Positions 21,828 through 32,679 of a stretch of 64,000 bases of DNA are shown in pieces. Source of the DNA: an uncultured Actinomycetota bacterium. Its GTDB lineage: Bacteria > Actinomycetota > Actinomycetes > Actinomycetales > Dermatophilaceae. The stretch covers positions 30,262 through 94,261 of the forward strand of contig CAWESS010000007.1 of NCBI GenBank assembly GCA_963811825.1. The letters run 5' to 3'. Positions within the stretch are counted from its first letter, which is position 1. Each line of letters begins with the position of its first letter. The position numbers were made by a program, and so were the translations under genes. The notes below the pieces were generated by a model. That model saw only the letters and a list, made by a program, of their open reading frames with translations, did no database searches and was not told the origin of the DNA.

Positions 21828-23633
21828 ATGTCGTCGGTGACCCCGAGCACCCCGCAGCCCCTGACCTCCCCCGGCGACGTCGTCCACCCGGCCGACTCCC
21901 CCGACGCCCCGTGGTGGCGCGACGCCGTGATCTACCAGGTCTACCCCCGCTCGTGGGCTGACGCGGACGGCGACGGCATCGGCGACCTGCCCGGCATCAC
22001 CGCTCGCCTCCCGTACCTGCGCGACCTCGGCGTGGATGCCGTGTGGCTGAGCCCCTTCTACGTCTCACCGATGAACGACGCCGGCTACGACGTCGCCGAC
22101 TACCGCGACATCGACCCGTGCTTCGGCACCCTGGCCGACGCGGACACGATGATCGGCGTCGCGCACGACCTCGGGCTGAAGGTGCTCGTCGACCTCGTTC
22201 CGAACCACACGAGCAGCGAACACGCCTGGTTCCGGGCCGCATTGGCCGCTGGGCCCGGCAGCCCCGAGCGCGAGCGCTACGTCTTCCGTGACGGCCGCGG
22301 GGCGAACGGTGAGGAGCCGCCGAACAACTGGCCCTCGGTCTTCGGCGGGCAGGGCTGGACCCGCGTCACCGAGGCCGACGGCTCACCCGGCCAGTGGTAC
22401 CTCCACATCTTCGACACCACGCAGCCCGACCTGAACTGGCACCACCCCGAGGTCCGCGAGGAGTTCCTCGACATCCTGCGCTTCTGGTGCGACCGGGGCG
22501 TCGACGGCTTCCGGGTCGACGTCGCGCACGGGCTCATCAAGCGCGACGGCCTGCCCGACTGGGACGGCCCGGTCGGGCTGTACGACGAGGTGCCGGACGA
22601 GGACGCCGTGGAGGGTGACGGCGCTCGCGAGGTGCGGTCCAGCGCCGGCGAGGTGCTCGACCACAACGCCACCGGTGCCGCGCCGATGTGGGACCAGGAC
22701 GGCGTGCACGAGATCTACCGCGAGTGGCGTTCCGTGCTCGACTCCTACGGCGCCCCGGACCGCATCCTGTGCGCCGAGGCCTGGGTGACCCCGGAGTCCC
22801 GCCTGGCCCGCTACGTCCGCCCCGACGAGATGCACCAGGCGTTCAACTTCGACTTCCTCGAAGCGCACTGGGACGCCGGAGCGCTCAGCAGCGCCATCGA
22901 GTCGGCGCTGCGCAGCAACGACAACGTCGGGGCGCCGACCACCTGGGTGCTGTCCAACCACGACGTCGTGCGGCACGCCTCCCGGCTGGGGCTCGACCAG
23001 AGCCTGCCGCGACCCAACGGCATCACGGCCGACGACCCGCAACCGGATGCCGTGCTCGGCCTCCGTCGGGCGCGCGCGGCGACCGCGCTGATGCTCGCCC
23101 TTCCCGGCGGCGCCTACGTCTACCAGGGCGAGGAGCTCGGGCTGCCCGAGCACACGACCATGCCCGACGACGTCCGTCAGGACCCGACCTTCCACCGCAC
23201 CGAGGGCACGATCACGGGGCGCGACGGCTGCCGGGTGCCGATGGCCTGGGCCAAGGAGTCCCCCAGCTTCGGCTTCGGCCCGGGCTCGAGCCCGTGGCTG
23301 CCGCAGCCAGACGTCTACGGCGACCTCGCCGTCGACCAGCAGCAGGGGGTGGAGGGGTCCACGCTCGAGCTCTACCGCGACCTGCTCGCCTACCGGCGCA
23401 AGCACCGCTTCGGCCACGGCAGCCTGTCCTGGGACGCCCTGACGTCCAGCTCGGTGATCGCCCTGCGCAACACCTCGGGTGACGGCGAGCGCACCCTGCT
23501 CGTCGTCACCAACATCGGGGGCGACGCGGTCACGCTGCCCGAGGGTGACGTGCTCATCTCCTCGGGACCGCTCGCCGACGACGGCACCCTGCCGGCGGAC
23601 ACCACGGCCTGGGTTCGGCTGCCGGTGGCCTGA
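21828..23633 (+). CDS. GH13 alpha-glucosidase
   Basis: WWRDAVIYQVYPRS, DLVPNHTS, GFRVDVAHG, WVLSNHD, YQGEELG. Confidence 0.94.
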   Translation: MSSVTPSTPQPLTSPGDVVHPADSPDAPWWRDAVIYQVYPRSWADADGDGIGDLPGITARLPYLRDLGVDAVWLSPFYVSPMNDAGYDVADYRDIDPCFGTLADADTMIGVAHDLGLKVLVDLVPNHTSSEHAWFRAALAAGPGSPERERYVFRDGRGANGEEPPNNWPSVFGGQGWTRVTEADGSPGQWYLHIFDTTQPDLNWHHPEVREEFLDILRFWCDRGVDGFRVDVAHGLIKRDGLPDWDGPVGLYDEVPDEDAVEGDGAREVRSSAGEVLDHNATGAAPMWDQDGVHEIYREWRSVLDSYGAPDRILCAEAWVTPESRLARYVRPDEMHQAFNFDFLEAHWDAGALSSAIESALRSNDNVGAPTTWVLSNHDVVRHASRLGLDQSLPRPNGITADDPQPDAVLGLRRARAATALMLALPGGAYVYQGEELGLPEHTTMPDDVRQDPTFHRTEGTITGRDGCRVPMAWAKESPSFGFGPGSSPWLPQPDVYGDLAVDQQQGVEGSTLELYRDLLAYRRKHRFGHGSLSWDALTSSSVIALRNTSGDGERTLLVVTNIGGDAVTLPEGDVLISSGPLADDGTLPADTTAWVRLPVA

Positions 23634-23634
23634 G

Positions 23635-24450
23635 GTGCGCGCCCGCGACTTCACCTACCTGGACTCCCCGACCCCGGTCGCCCTCGCGCACCGGGGCGGG
23701 GCGGCCTACGCCCCGAACGTCGGCATCGAGAACACGGTGGCCGCGTTCCGTCGGGCGGTCGACATGGGATACCGCTACCTCGAGACCGATGTCCACGCGA
23801 CGAGCGACGGCCAGCTCATCGCCTTCCACGACACGGTCCTGGACCGGGTGTCGGACGTCTCGGGTGCCATCGAGACCCTCCCCTACGACGCCCTGCGTGA
23901 GGTGCGGATCGGTGGGAGCGAGCCGATCCCCCTGCTCGGCGAGCTCTTCGAGACCTTTCCCGGCATCCGCGTCAACATCGACATCAAGGCCGACACCGCG
24001 CTCGAGCCCACGGTGCGCGAGGTGCTGGCGCACGGCGCGCGCGACCGCGTGTGCATCGGGTCGTTCTCGGAGCGGCGGTTGCGCGCGGCCCGGGCGGCCC
24101 TGGGCCCCGGGGTGGCCACCGCTGCCGGTCAGGTCGGGACGGCGCTGCTGCGTTTCACGCCGGACATCGTGTCCCGGCTGCTGCACACCCCGGCGCCGGT
24201 GCTCCAGATCCCCGCGAGCCACCGGGTCGCCGGGCGCACGATCACCCTGGTCACGCCGGGGCTGGTGCGGCGGGCGCATGCGCTCGGCAAGCACGTGCAC
24301 GTGTGGTTCCACTCGTGGTCGCGAGAGGACGCGACCGAGATGCACCGCCTGCTCGACCTCGGGGTCGACGGGATCGTCACCGACCACATCGACGTGTTGC
24401 GTGACGTGCTGGCCGAGCGGGGCCACCCCCTCACCCCACCGTTGGCCTGA
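23635..24450 (+). CDS. Glycerophosphodiester phosphodiesterase family
   Basis: LAHRGG, ENT, LETDVH, NIDIK, GVDGIVTD. Confidence 0.9.
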   Translation: MRARDFTYLDSPTPVALAHRGGAAYAPNVGIENTVAAFRRAVDMGYRYLETDVHATSDGQLIAFHDTVLDRVSDVSGAIETLPYDALREVRIGGSEPIPLLGELFETFPGIRVNIDIKADTALEPTVREVLAHGARDRVCIGSFSERRLRAARAALGPGVATAAGQVGTALLRFTPDIVSRLLHTPAPVLQIPASHRVAGRTITLVTPGLVRRAHALGKHVHVWFHSWSREDATEMHRLLDLGVDGIVTDHIDVLRDVLAERGHPLTPPLA

Positions 24451-24456
24451 CGTCGG

Positions 24457-25134
24457 TCAGCGCAGCAGGACGTGCCCACCGGCTGCGGTGAGCCTCGTCC
24501 ACCGGTTCGACCGGAACACGGTCACGGGTTGACCCGGCTCCAGGAAGCCGAGGGCATAGGCCGCGAAGGCGCCGCCTGAGCGCACGACGGTGGCGGCGTC
24601 CGGCATCCCGTCGTCGAGGGTCAGCAGGTCGGGGTGGGGCCCGGAGGCCTCCCGCACATCCCGTGCCCACACCCGGTCACGCACGAAGCCGGCGGCGGCG
24701 CCGCGCTCGCGCACGGCATCCGAGACCTCGACCAGCCCGTCGCGGGCCACTGCCGCGAGCAGGTCGCCGGGCAGGGCGCCGGCGGGCTCCCACGGTCCGC
24801 GTGGCGGGGTGAGGGCCGACCACGGGGCGAGGGCGCGGGTCGGGGGAACGGGCAGGTCGCTGCCACCGCCGCGGTTCGTGCGATCCGTCACCGCACCGAG
24901 CGGCACGATGACGTCGAGGTCGGCCGGGGTGGCGAGCGCGAAGGTGCGCAGCCCGAGGACCGTGCCCTCGGCGAGGATGCCGGAGCCGGGGAGGACACCC
25001 ACCCACGCGGCGAGCACTCCCCCGGCCGCCTGGAGGCGCATGGCACCGTCGGCGTCGATGGACCGAGCGCGCGCGGCGAACCGGCCGAGGTCCTCGAGTG
25101 CGGCGGGGTCGGTGAGCTGCAGGGTGTCGGTCAT
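24457..25134 (-). CDS. Conserved actinobacterial hypothetical protein
   Basis: Coding-like ORF translationally coupled to the thioesterase; GAFAAYALGFL...RWTRLT..GGHVL. Confidence 0.7.
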   Translation of the reverse strand: MTDTLQLTDPAALEDLGRFAARARSIDADGAMRLQAAGGVLAAWVGVLPGSGILAEGTVLGLRTFALATPADLDVIVPLGAVTDRTNRGGGSDLPVPPTRALAPWSALTPPRGPWEPAGALPGDLLAAVARDGLVEVSDAVRERGAAAGFVRDRVWARDVREASGPHPDLLTLDDGMPDAATVVRSGGAFAAYALGFLEPGQPVTVFRSNRWTRLTAAGGHVLLR

Positions 25135-25617
25135 CGGCCGGCCCACCGGAAGCTGACGGGCTCGCCCGCGTGCCGGGCCAGCTCGGTGCGCACCTCAGGG
25201 GACAGGCGTCGCGGCCGCGCCGCGGTGAAGTCGTAGAGGACGAGGCCGGTCTCGGCGACGGCGTAGACGGCCTCCCCGACCCCCTGTGGGTCGCGCACGA
25301 CGTAGCCGAGGTCGAACCCGGCGCCGTGCACGTGGCTGACCCACATGGCGACCTCGACGGGCGCGGGGCGGAAGGTCAGCGGCGCGCGGTACTCGATGGC
25401 GTGCCGCGACACGACGATGCCCTCGTCGAGCATCGAGGGCCGGCCGATGAACCACTCTCGGATGGCGACCACGCGGGCGTCCTCGAGCAGGCGGAGGAAC
25501 TGCACGTTGTTGACGTGGCCGTAGGCGTCCATGTCGGACCAGCGCAGCGGCACGTCGACGCGGTACGGCTGCGGCTGAGCGTCGTCGGGTGGGGGTGGGC
25601 TGCGCGGGGTCTGGCAT
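25131..25617 (-). CDS. Acyl-CoA thioesterase, 4HBT/YbgC hotdog family (probable indel near 25590)
   Basis: VPLRWSDMDAYGHVNNVQFLRLLEDAR. Confidence 0.9.
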
Positions 25618-25658
25618 GCGGCCCATCCTCGCAGGCCCGTGGCGCCTGGTCGTCTGGC

Positions 25659-26116
25659 AACCTGAGGGCGCACCCCGGACAAGGGTGGTGGGGCACGTCC
25701 GGATGCTTCACCTGGTGAGCCACCCGTTCGGCGGTCCCCACGGCTCACCCTGCGAGCCAACTTTGGGATGGATCGCGTGGTGAGCCACCTCGCCCGGCGG
25801 CCACGGCATCCGGCTTGAACTTCTCCGCCATCACTGGGGTGTCGGAGAAATGTCGAGTGGTCGGAGACATATCTCCGACGCGCCCCAGTTTCTCCGCCGT
25901 CACTGGGATGACGGAGAAATGCCGGTCTCGCTGGGCTCAGCTGAGCGTCCGTGGTTGAGGTGCGCCACTTCCAGCCCCAGCGCGCTCGTGGTTCACCACC
26001 CGAGGCAACTTTGGGATGGATCACGTGGTGGGCCAGGAGCGGGGTCCGGCCCTGGCTCACCACGTGAAGCATCCTGACCTTCCCCACCACCGTTGTCCCG
26101 ACCTCGCTCTCAGGTT
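25659..26116. mobile_element. MITE/BIME-like non-coding mosaic with ~64-bp imperfect terminal inverted repeats
   Basis: Inverted arms 25659-25722 and 26053-26116; direct repeats caactttgggatggatc(g/a)cgtggtg(a/g)gcca near 25758 and 26007; two ttctccg..cggagaaatg hairpins near 25820 and 25889. Confidence 0.65.
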
Positions 26117-26171
26117 CCCGCCACGAGCGCCTGACCCGCGACCAGGACGCCAAGCCACCTACCCTGTTCGG

Positions 26172-27609
26172 ATGCCGTTGCTCCCCTCGACCGTGACCCG
26201 CCTCGACCACGTGGTCGCCACCGCACAACGCGCCGGCCGTCTTCCGTCCGTGGCCGTCGGTCTCGTGCGGGGCGGCGAGCTCGTCTGGAGCAGCGCGGTG
26301 GGCACCCTCGACGGGAAGGCCGACGGCCGCCCGGCGGATACCGACACGCAGTACCGGATGGGGTCGATCACCAAGACCTTCATCGCCGTCTGCGTCCTCC
26401 GCCTGCGCGACGCCGGCCGCCTCGACCTCACCGACCACTTCGGGGCGCACGTGCCGGGCACGGCCCTGGACGACGTGACGATCGAGCAGCTGCTCACCCA
26501 CGCGAGCGGGGCCCAGGCAGAGACCAACGGCCCCTGGTGGGAGCGGACCCCCGGCGGCGACTGGGCCGACCTCATGTCCACCGCGTCCACGTCCCCCGCG
26601 CCCACCGGCCAGCGCTTTCGCGCCGGGCGCCGCTTCCACTACTCCAACGTCGGGTACGCCGCGCTGGGTCGCCTCCTCGAGGTCCACCACGGGCAGGGCT
26701 GGTTCGAGGTCGTGCACGACGAGCTCCTGGAACCGCTCGGGATGCTGCGCACCACCACGCGCCCCACGGGCACCGCAGCGCAGGGCCTGGCGGTCCACCC
26801 CTTCGCCGACGTCCTCCTCCCCGAGCCCGAGCACGACGCCGGGGCCATGGCGCCGGCCGGACAGCTGTGGACCACCATCGAGGACCTCTCCCGGTGGGCG
26901 GCCTTCCTCGGCGGCAACACCCACGAGTTGCTCTCTGCGGCAACCCTTTCCGAGATGTGCGAGCCGCACCACGTCGTCGACGAGCCGGGCCAGCCGTGGT
27001 CTGCCGCGCACGGCCTGGGCTGGCAGGTCTGGAACCTGAACGGCATCCGGTATGCCGGCCACGGCGGCTCGATGCCGGGCTTCCTCGCGGGGCTCCGGGT
27101 GCAGCTGACCAACGGAAGCCCGGGGCACGGCATCCGCGACCGGCGACCCGACGGGCAGCCCACCACCCGGCGCGACGGGCGACGGCGTCGTCGTCCTCAC
27201 CAACACGACGACGAGCAGCGCGACCAAGGCGCTCGCGACCGATCTCCTCCGCTCACTGGCAGAGCTCGAACCCGCACCCGTCCAGCCGTGGTCGGCCGCC
27301 GGCGACGCCAGCCTGCTCGAGCTCGTGGGCACCTGGCACTGGGGACCCGCCGTCGAGGTCGCCACCGTCGTCGGCGAGCACCTCGTCATCGGCGAGCCCG
27401 GCGCCGGGCGAGGGTCGCGTTTCCGACGGGTCGGCCCCGACGCCTGGGAGGGACTGGACGGGTACCACACCGGCGAACCGCTGCAGGTCGTGCGCCGCGG
27501 CGACGGCAGCGTCTCGCACCTCGACCTCGCCTCGTTCCGCTTCACGCGCACGCCCTACGACCCGGAGGCCGACGTGCCCGGCGGCGTGGACGAGACCGGC
27601 TGGGCCTGA
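26172..27609 (+). CDS. Serine hydrolase, beta-lactamase family (frameshift near 27125)
   Basis: YRMGSITKTF (SxxK), FHYSNVGY, GHGGSMPGF; C-terminal domain in the shifted frame. Confidence 0.9.
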
Positions 27610-27634
27610 GCCCTGCTTTTGCTACGGTCCCTGC

Positions 27635-28165
27635 GTGGGACTCGCGACCGATCTCGACTACCGCATCACCGCGCCGAACGCCGTCCAGCGGGGGGTGCGG
27701 CTCGCGGCATCCACCCGGCCGGGGTCCAAGGTCCTGGCCCGGGTCCTGCCGTCCCTGGACCGCACCGTCGCCCGCCTCAGCCGCGGGCGCACCACGGCCG
27801 TCGAGCTGCTGGCCGGCCTCCCGGTCGTCGAGGTCGCGACCACCGGCCGGCGCAGTGGCACGACCAGGCGCACCCAGCTCATCGCCATCCCGGTCGCGGA
27901 CACCCTGGCCCTGCTCGGCACGAACTTCGGACAGGCCAGCACGCCCACCTGGGCCCTCAACCTCGAGGCCGACCCTGCAGCCGTGGTCACGCACAAGCAC
28001 CGGCGGGTTGCCGTCGTTGCCCGGGCAGCGAGCGAGCAGGAACGCACCGAGGTGCTCGACCGCGCAGGGCAGGTCTACCTCGGCTACCCCAAGTACCTCG
28101 GCCGCATCTCGGGCCGCACCGTCCGCATCTTCGTCCTCGACCCCGCGCCCTCCACCCGTCCCTGA
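27635..28165 (+). CDS. Deazaflavin (F420)-dependent nitroreductase family
   Basis: TTGRRSG..RRTQL, GTNFGQ..TPTWALNL, YPKY...RTVRIFVL. Confidence 0.85.
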   Translation: MGLATDLDYRITAPNAVQRGVRLAASTRPGSKVLARVLPSLDRTVARLSRGRTTAVELLAGLPVVEVATTGRRSGTTRRTQLIAIPVADTLALLGTNFGQASTPTWALNLEADPAAVVTHKHRRVAVVARAASEQERTEVLDRAGQVYLGYPKYLGRISGRTVRIFVLDPAPSTRP

Positions 28166-28223
28166 GGCGCCTGTGGACGACGGGGACGGCGGTGTCGGTC
28201 ACCCGGCATACGGTGGGGTGACC

Positions 28224-30387
28224 ATGACGAACCCGACGGATGCCGTGACGCCACCCCCCGCTCTCCTCCGCCCCCCCGACCGCCCCCTCCCCTGCGCTGG
28301 CCGAGGCTGCTCGCACGGCGCTGCGGCGCCTCGTCGGGCGCGACGACGCCGACTTCCGCGACGGTCAGCTCGAGGCCATCTCCGCCCTCGTGGCCGACCG
28401 GTCCCGGGTGCTCGTCGTGCAACGCACCGGCTGGGGCAAGTCCGCGGTCTACTTCGTGTCGACCGCGCTGCGGCGCGCGGAAGGTGCCGGGCCGACGGTC
28501 ATCATCAGCCCGCTGCTGGCGCTCATGCGCGACCAGATCGCGGCGGCCGAGCGGGCCGGCATCCGGGCGGTGACGATGAACTCGGCCAATGCCCAGGACT
28601 GGGACGAGGTGCGAGGCGCGCTCGCGGCGGATGCCGTCGACGTGCTCCTCGTGAGCCCCGAGAGGCTCAACAACCCGCGCTTTCGCGACGAGCAGCTGCC
28701 CGACCTGGCGCGGCGGTGCGGGCTGCTCGTGGTCGACGAGGCCCACTGCGTCAGCGACTGGGGCCACGACTTCCGGCCCGACTACCGGCGCATCCGCGAC
28801 CTGCTCGTCGGGCTGCCGTCCGACACCCCGGTGCTGGCGACGACCGCCACGGCCAACGCCCGGGTGGTCACCGACGTCGTCGAGCAGCTCGAGGTCGGCG
28901 GCCGGTCGGTACTCACCGTCCGCGGCGGGCTGGCACGTGACTCGCTGCGCCTCGGGGTGCTGCGTTCGATGTCGCCCGAGCAGCGGCTGGGCTGGCTCGT
29001 GGCGCACCTGCACGAGCTGCCGGGCAGCGGCATCGTCTACACGCTGACCGTCTCGGCCGCCGAGGACGTCGCGTCAGCGCTCTCGGACGCCGGGCTGTCG
29101 GTCGCGTCGTACACCGGGCGCACCGACCCGGCGGACCGTGAACGCCTCGAGGGGTCGCTGCGCCGCAACGAGGTCAAGGCGCTCGTCGCCACCTCGGCCC
29201 TCGGGATGGGGTTCGACAAGCCCGACCTCGGGTTCGTCGTGCACCTCGGGGCGCCGAGCTCGCCGGTCGCGTACTACCAGCAGGTCGGCCGTGCCGGTCG
29301 CGCCACCGAGCGGGCCGACGTGCTCCTGCTGCCCGGCCCCGAGGACAAGGACATCTGGGCCTACTTCGCGTCGGTGTCGATGCCACGCGAGGAGCAGGCC
29401 CAGAAGGTGCTCGACACCCTCGCCGCCGCGGGGCGGGCACTGTCGACGGCGGCGCTCGAGACCGCGGTCGACGTGCGGCGCACCCGGCTCGAGCTGCTCC
29501 TGAAGGTGCTCGACGTCGACGGTGCGGTTCAGCGGGTCACGGGTGGCTGGGTGTCGACGGGGGTGGCGTGGGTCTACGACGCCGAGCGCTACGAGCGGGT
29601 GGCCCAGGCCCGGCGGGTCGAGCAGCAGCTGATGCTCGACTACGAGGCCAGCGACGCGTGCCGCATGGCCTTCCTCCAGGAGACGCTCGACGACGACACC
29701 GCGGTGGCCTGTGGCCGCTGCGACGGCTGCTCGGGGCCGTGGTACCCGACGAGCGTGCCGGATGCCGTGGTCGGCGCGGCCCGTGAACGCCTCACCCGGG
29801 CGGGAGTCGACCTCGACCCCCGGGTGCAGTGGCCGACCGGGATGGATCGCATCGGGGTGCCGGTCAAGGGGAAGATCGGTGCCGACGAGTCCCTGCAACC
29901 GGGGCGGGCGCTGGCCCGCATGTCAGACCTGGGGTGGGGCCAGCGCCTGCGCGAGGTGCTGCGCGAGGACACCCCGGCCAGCCCCGAGCTGCTGCGTGCC
30001 TGTGTGCCGGTGCTCGCCGAGTGGCCCTGGGCGCGGCGTCCGGTCGGCGTCGTCGCCGTACCGTCACGGTCACACCCGACTCTCGTGGCGTCGCTCGCGG
30101 CGGGGCTGGCGCAGATCGGCCGGCTGCCGCTGCTGGGCTCGCTCGACCTGGCCCACGGTGGCCCCGTCGGCGAGCCGGGTGGCAACAGCGCGTTCCGGCT
30201 CGCCGGGGTGTGGGAGCGGTTCGTGGTCGGACCCGACCTCGAGGCCGCCCTGGTCGGTGTCGACGGACCGGTGCTGCTCGTCGACGACCTCGTGTCATCC
30301 CGGTGGACCCTCACCGTTGCCGGCCGGGCGCTGCGTCAGGCCGGGGTCCCCGCGGTGCTGCCCTTCGCGCTCGCCGTCGACGGCTGA
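28224..30387 (+). CDS. rqlH: RecQ-like helicase of RqlH type with C-terminal PRT-like domain (frameshift near 28290)
   Basis: QRTGWGKS, DEAHCVSDWGHDFRPDY, LGMGFDKPD, YYQQVGRAGR, CGRCDGC, LLVDDLVSSRWT. Confidence 0.85.
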
Positions 30388-31091
30388 CCGGTCGACTCGT
30401 CAGCTCGGGGTGACTGGACACGCACCGTGAGCATCGGCAGGAAGAACTGCACGACCGGCCCGATGAGCAGCGCATACAGCACCGTCCCGACCCCGACGAT
30501 GCCGCCGAGGGCGAATCCCAGCACGACGACCGTCACCTCGAGCGAGGTCCGCACCAGCCGGATCGAGCGGCCCGTGCGCCGCGCCAGCCCGGTCATCAGG
30601 CCGTCGCGCGGCCCCGGGCCGAGCTGGCTGCCGATGTACATCGCGCCGGCGACCCCGTTGCCGACGATCGCCAGGAGCATGACGGCGATGCGCCAGCCCA
30701 GTCCCTCGATGTCCGGCACGACGGCCAACGTCGCGTCGATCGCGACCCCGATGACGACGGCGTTGAGCACCGTGCCCAGACCCGGCCACTGCCGCAGCGG
30801 GATCCAGAGCAGCAGCACGACGAACGAGACGACGATGCTCATCATCCCGTAGGACATCGGCACGTGCTGGATGAGCCCGTACTGGAGCACCCCCCACGGC
30901 TCGAGCCCGAGATCCGCCCGCAGCAACAACGCCATCGAGATGCCGAACAACACGAGTCCGACGAGCAGCTGGACCACGCGGTGCGTCAACCGGCCGGCGC
31001 GCAGCTGCTCGAGGGGGTTCATGGGGACGAGCTCGACACGCCGGCTCGCACCGCGTCGGAGGGCTTGGAGAGGGCTCATGCGCACCAGCAT
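30336..31091 (-). CDS. YczE/YitT-family membrane protein (start could be 31022; 3' end overlaps the helicase)
   Basis: LGLEPWGVL, PGLGTVLN, LGPGPRDGLMTGL, VGVGTVLYAL. Confidence 0.88.
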   Translation of the reverse strand: MLVRMSPLQALRRGASRRVELVPMNPLEQLRAGRLTHRVVQLLVGLVLFGISMALLLRADLGLEPWGVLQYGLIQHVPMSYGMMSIVVSFVVLLLWIPLRQWPGLGTVLNAVVIGVAIDATLAVVPDIEGLGWRIAVMLLAIVGNGVAGAMYIGSQLGPGPRDGLMTGLARRTGRSIRLVRTSLEVTVVVLGFALGGIVGVGTVLYALLIGPVVQFFLPMLTVRVQSPRADESTGQPSTASAKGSTAGTPA

Positions 31092-31099
31092 GCCTCAGA

Positions 31100-31139
31100 A
31101 GTGGCCTTCACTTCGATAGCCAATCGTGAAAGAGTGGCC
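31100..31139. promoter_or_regulatory. Probable MocR/YczR operator repeats
   Basis: AGTGGCC direct repeats at 31100 and 31133 with an inverted AGCCAAT between them, in the divergent yczE/yczR spacer. Confidence 0.5.
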
Positions 31140-31142
31140 ACC

Positions 31143-32626
31143 ATGCCGACGCCCACCGTCTCCGCCGCCCGCACCGCCCGACTCGTCGGCACCCTCGCAA
31201 CCGGCCGTCCGGCATACCGGGCCCTGGCCGACGCCCTGCGACTGGCGGTGGCCGACGGGCGCATCGCCGCCGGCACCCGGCTGCCCAGCGAGCGCGAGCT
31301 CACCGCCGCCCTGGACGTCAGCCGCACCACGGTCACCCGCGCGTATGCCGTGCTGCGCGAGAGCGGCTACCTCACCTCTCGCCGTGGGTCGGGCTCGGTG
31401 GCCGCACTCCCCTCGGGCAGCAGGGTGCGTGGCGCCGGGTCGCTCTTCCCCGCCGACCCGGACGAGGGCGTCATCGACCTCACCTGTGCGGCGACGCGCG
31501 CCCCGGCGGGAGTCGTCGAGGCGTACGAGCGCGCTGTCGCTCGGCTGCCCGCCCACCTGGCCGGAGCCGGCTACCTGACCTTCGGGATCCCCGAGCTGCG
31601 CGAGGTCATCGCCGACCGGTACACCGCCCGCGGGCTGCCGACGAAGCCCGACGACATCCTCGTCACCTCGGGTGCGGTCGCCGGCATGGGGATCGTCCTG
31701 CGGGCCCTGCTCGGCCACGGTGACCGGGTCGTCGTGGAGAGCCCGACCTACCCCAACACGGTCGAGGCCCTGCGCCGCGGTGGCGCCCGGCTCGTTCCGC
31801 TCGCCATGGATCCTGACGGGTGGGACGTCGCCGAGTCAGCACGCGCGGTCCGCTCGGCCAGAGCCGGCCTGGCCGTGTTGATCCCGGACTTCCACAACCC
31901 CACGGGGGCGCTGATGTCCGACGGCGACCGGGCGGTCCTCGCTCGGGCCCTCACCGCCGCCGGTACGGTCCCCGTCATCGACGAGACGATCGCGGAGGTG
32001 GACCTCGATGGCACGGCGGCGATGCCCCTGCCGTTCGCCGCGCACGACCCGCGCGCGATCAGCATCGGCAGCTCGTCGAAGTCGCACTGGGGAGGCCTGC
32101 GCACCGGGTGGATCCGCGCGCCCCGGGGCCTGCTTCCCGCACTGGTCGAGGCACGGGTCACGACCGACCTCGGCGCGCCGGTGCTCGAGCAGCTCGTCCT
32201 CCTCGAGCTGATGCGCACCTCCCCGGGCCTGACCCGCGAGCGCCGATCAGACCTCTGCTCATCACGCGATGCACTGGTCGGGGCGCTGCGGGAACAGCTG
32301 CCGGAGATCCGATTCCGGATGCCGCGTGGCGGGCTCTCGCTGTGGTGCGAGCTCCCCGAGCACCTCGACGCCACACCGTCGCCCTGGCTGCGGAGGACGC
32401 CGGGCTGCTCGTCGCCGCCGGACCACGGTTCGCCGTCGTCGGAGGTCTCGAGCGCTGGGTTCGCCTGCCCTACGTGCTGCCACCCGAAGTGATGGTGGAC
32501 GCCGTGGGTCGCCTCGCCACCGCCCTCGAGGCAGCCCGCACCCCCTCCCTTGCGTCCGGCACGTTGGCAGCTGGGGGAACCAACCTGCCGGACGCAAGCG
32601 GGCGGAGGCGACCGCTCGTCGCCTGA
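31143..32626 (+). CDS. MocR/GntR-family PLP-dependent regulator, YczR-like (frameshift near 32375)
   Basis: RLPSERELT...VSRTTV, PDFHNPTG, SSSKSHWGGLRTGW. Confidence 0.92.
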
Positions 32627-32679
32627 GTCCTCCCTCGTCGCGTGAGTCCACCCGGCACCCGGCGGATATCGTTGCGACG

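Noticed and set aside
25659-26116. CRISPR array
   Set aside because: The repeats are mixed inverted and direct units of different types with irregular spacing, and no cas genes are present.
28140-28230. LexA/SOS box upstream of the helicase or ssb
   Set aside because: No TCGAAC-N4-GTTCGA match was seen.
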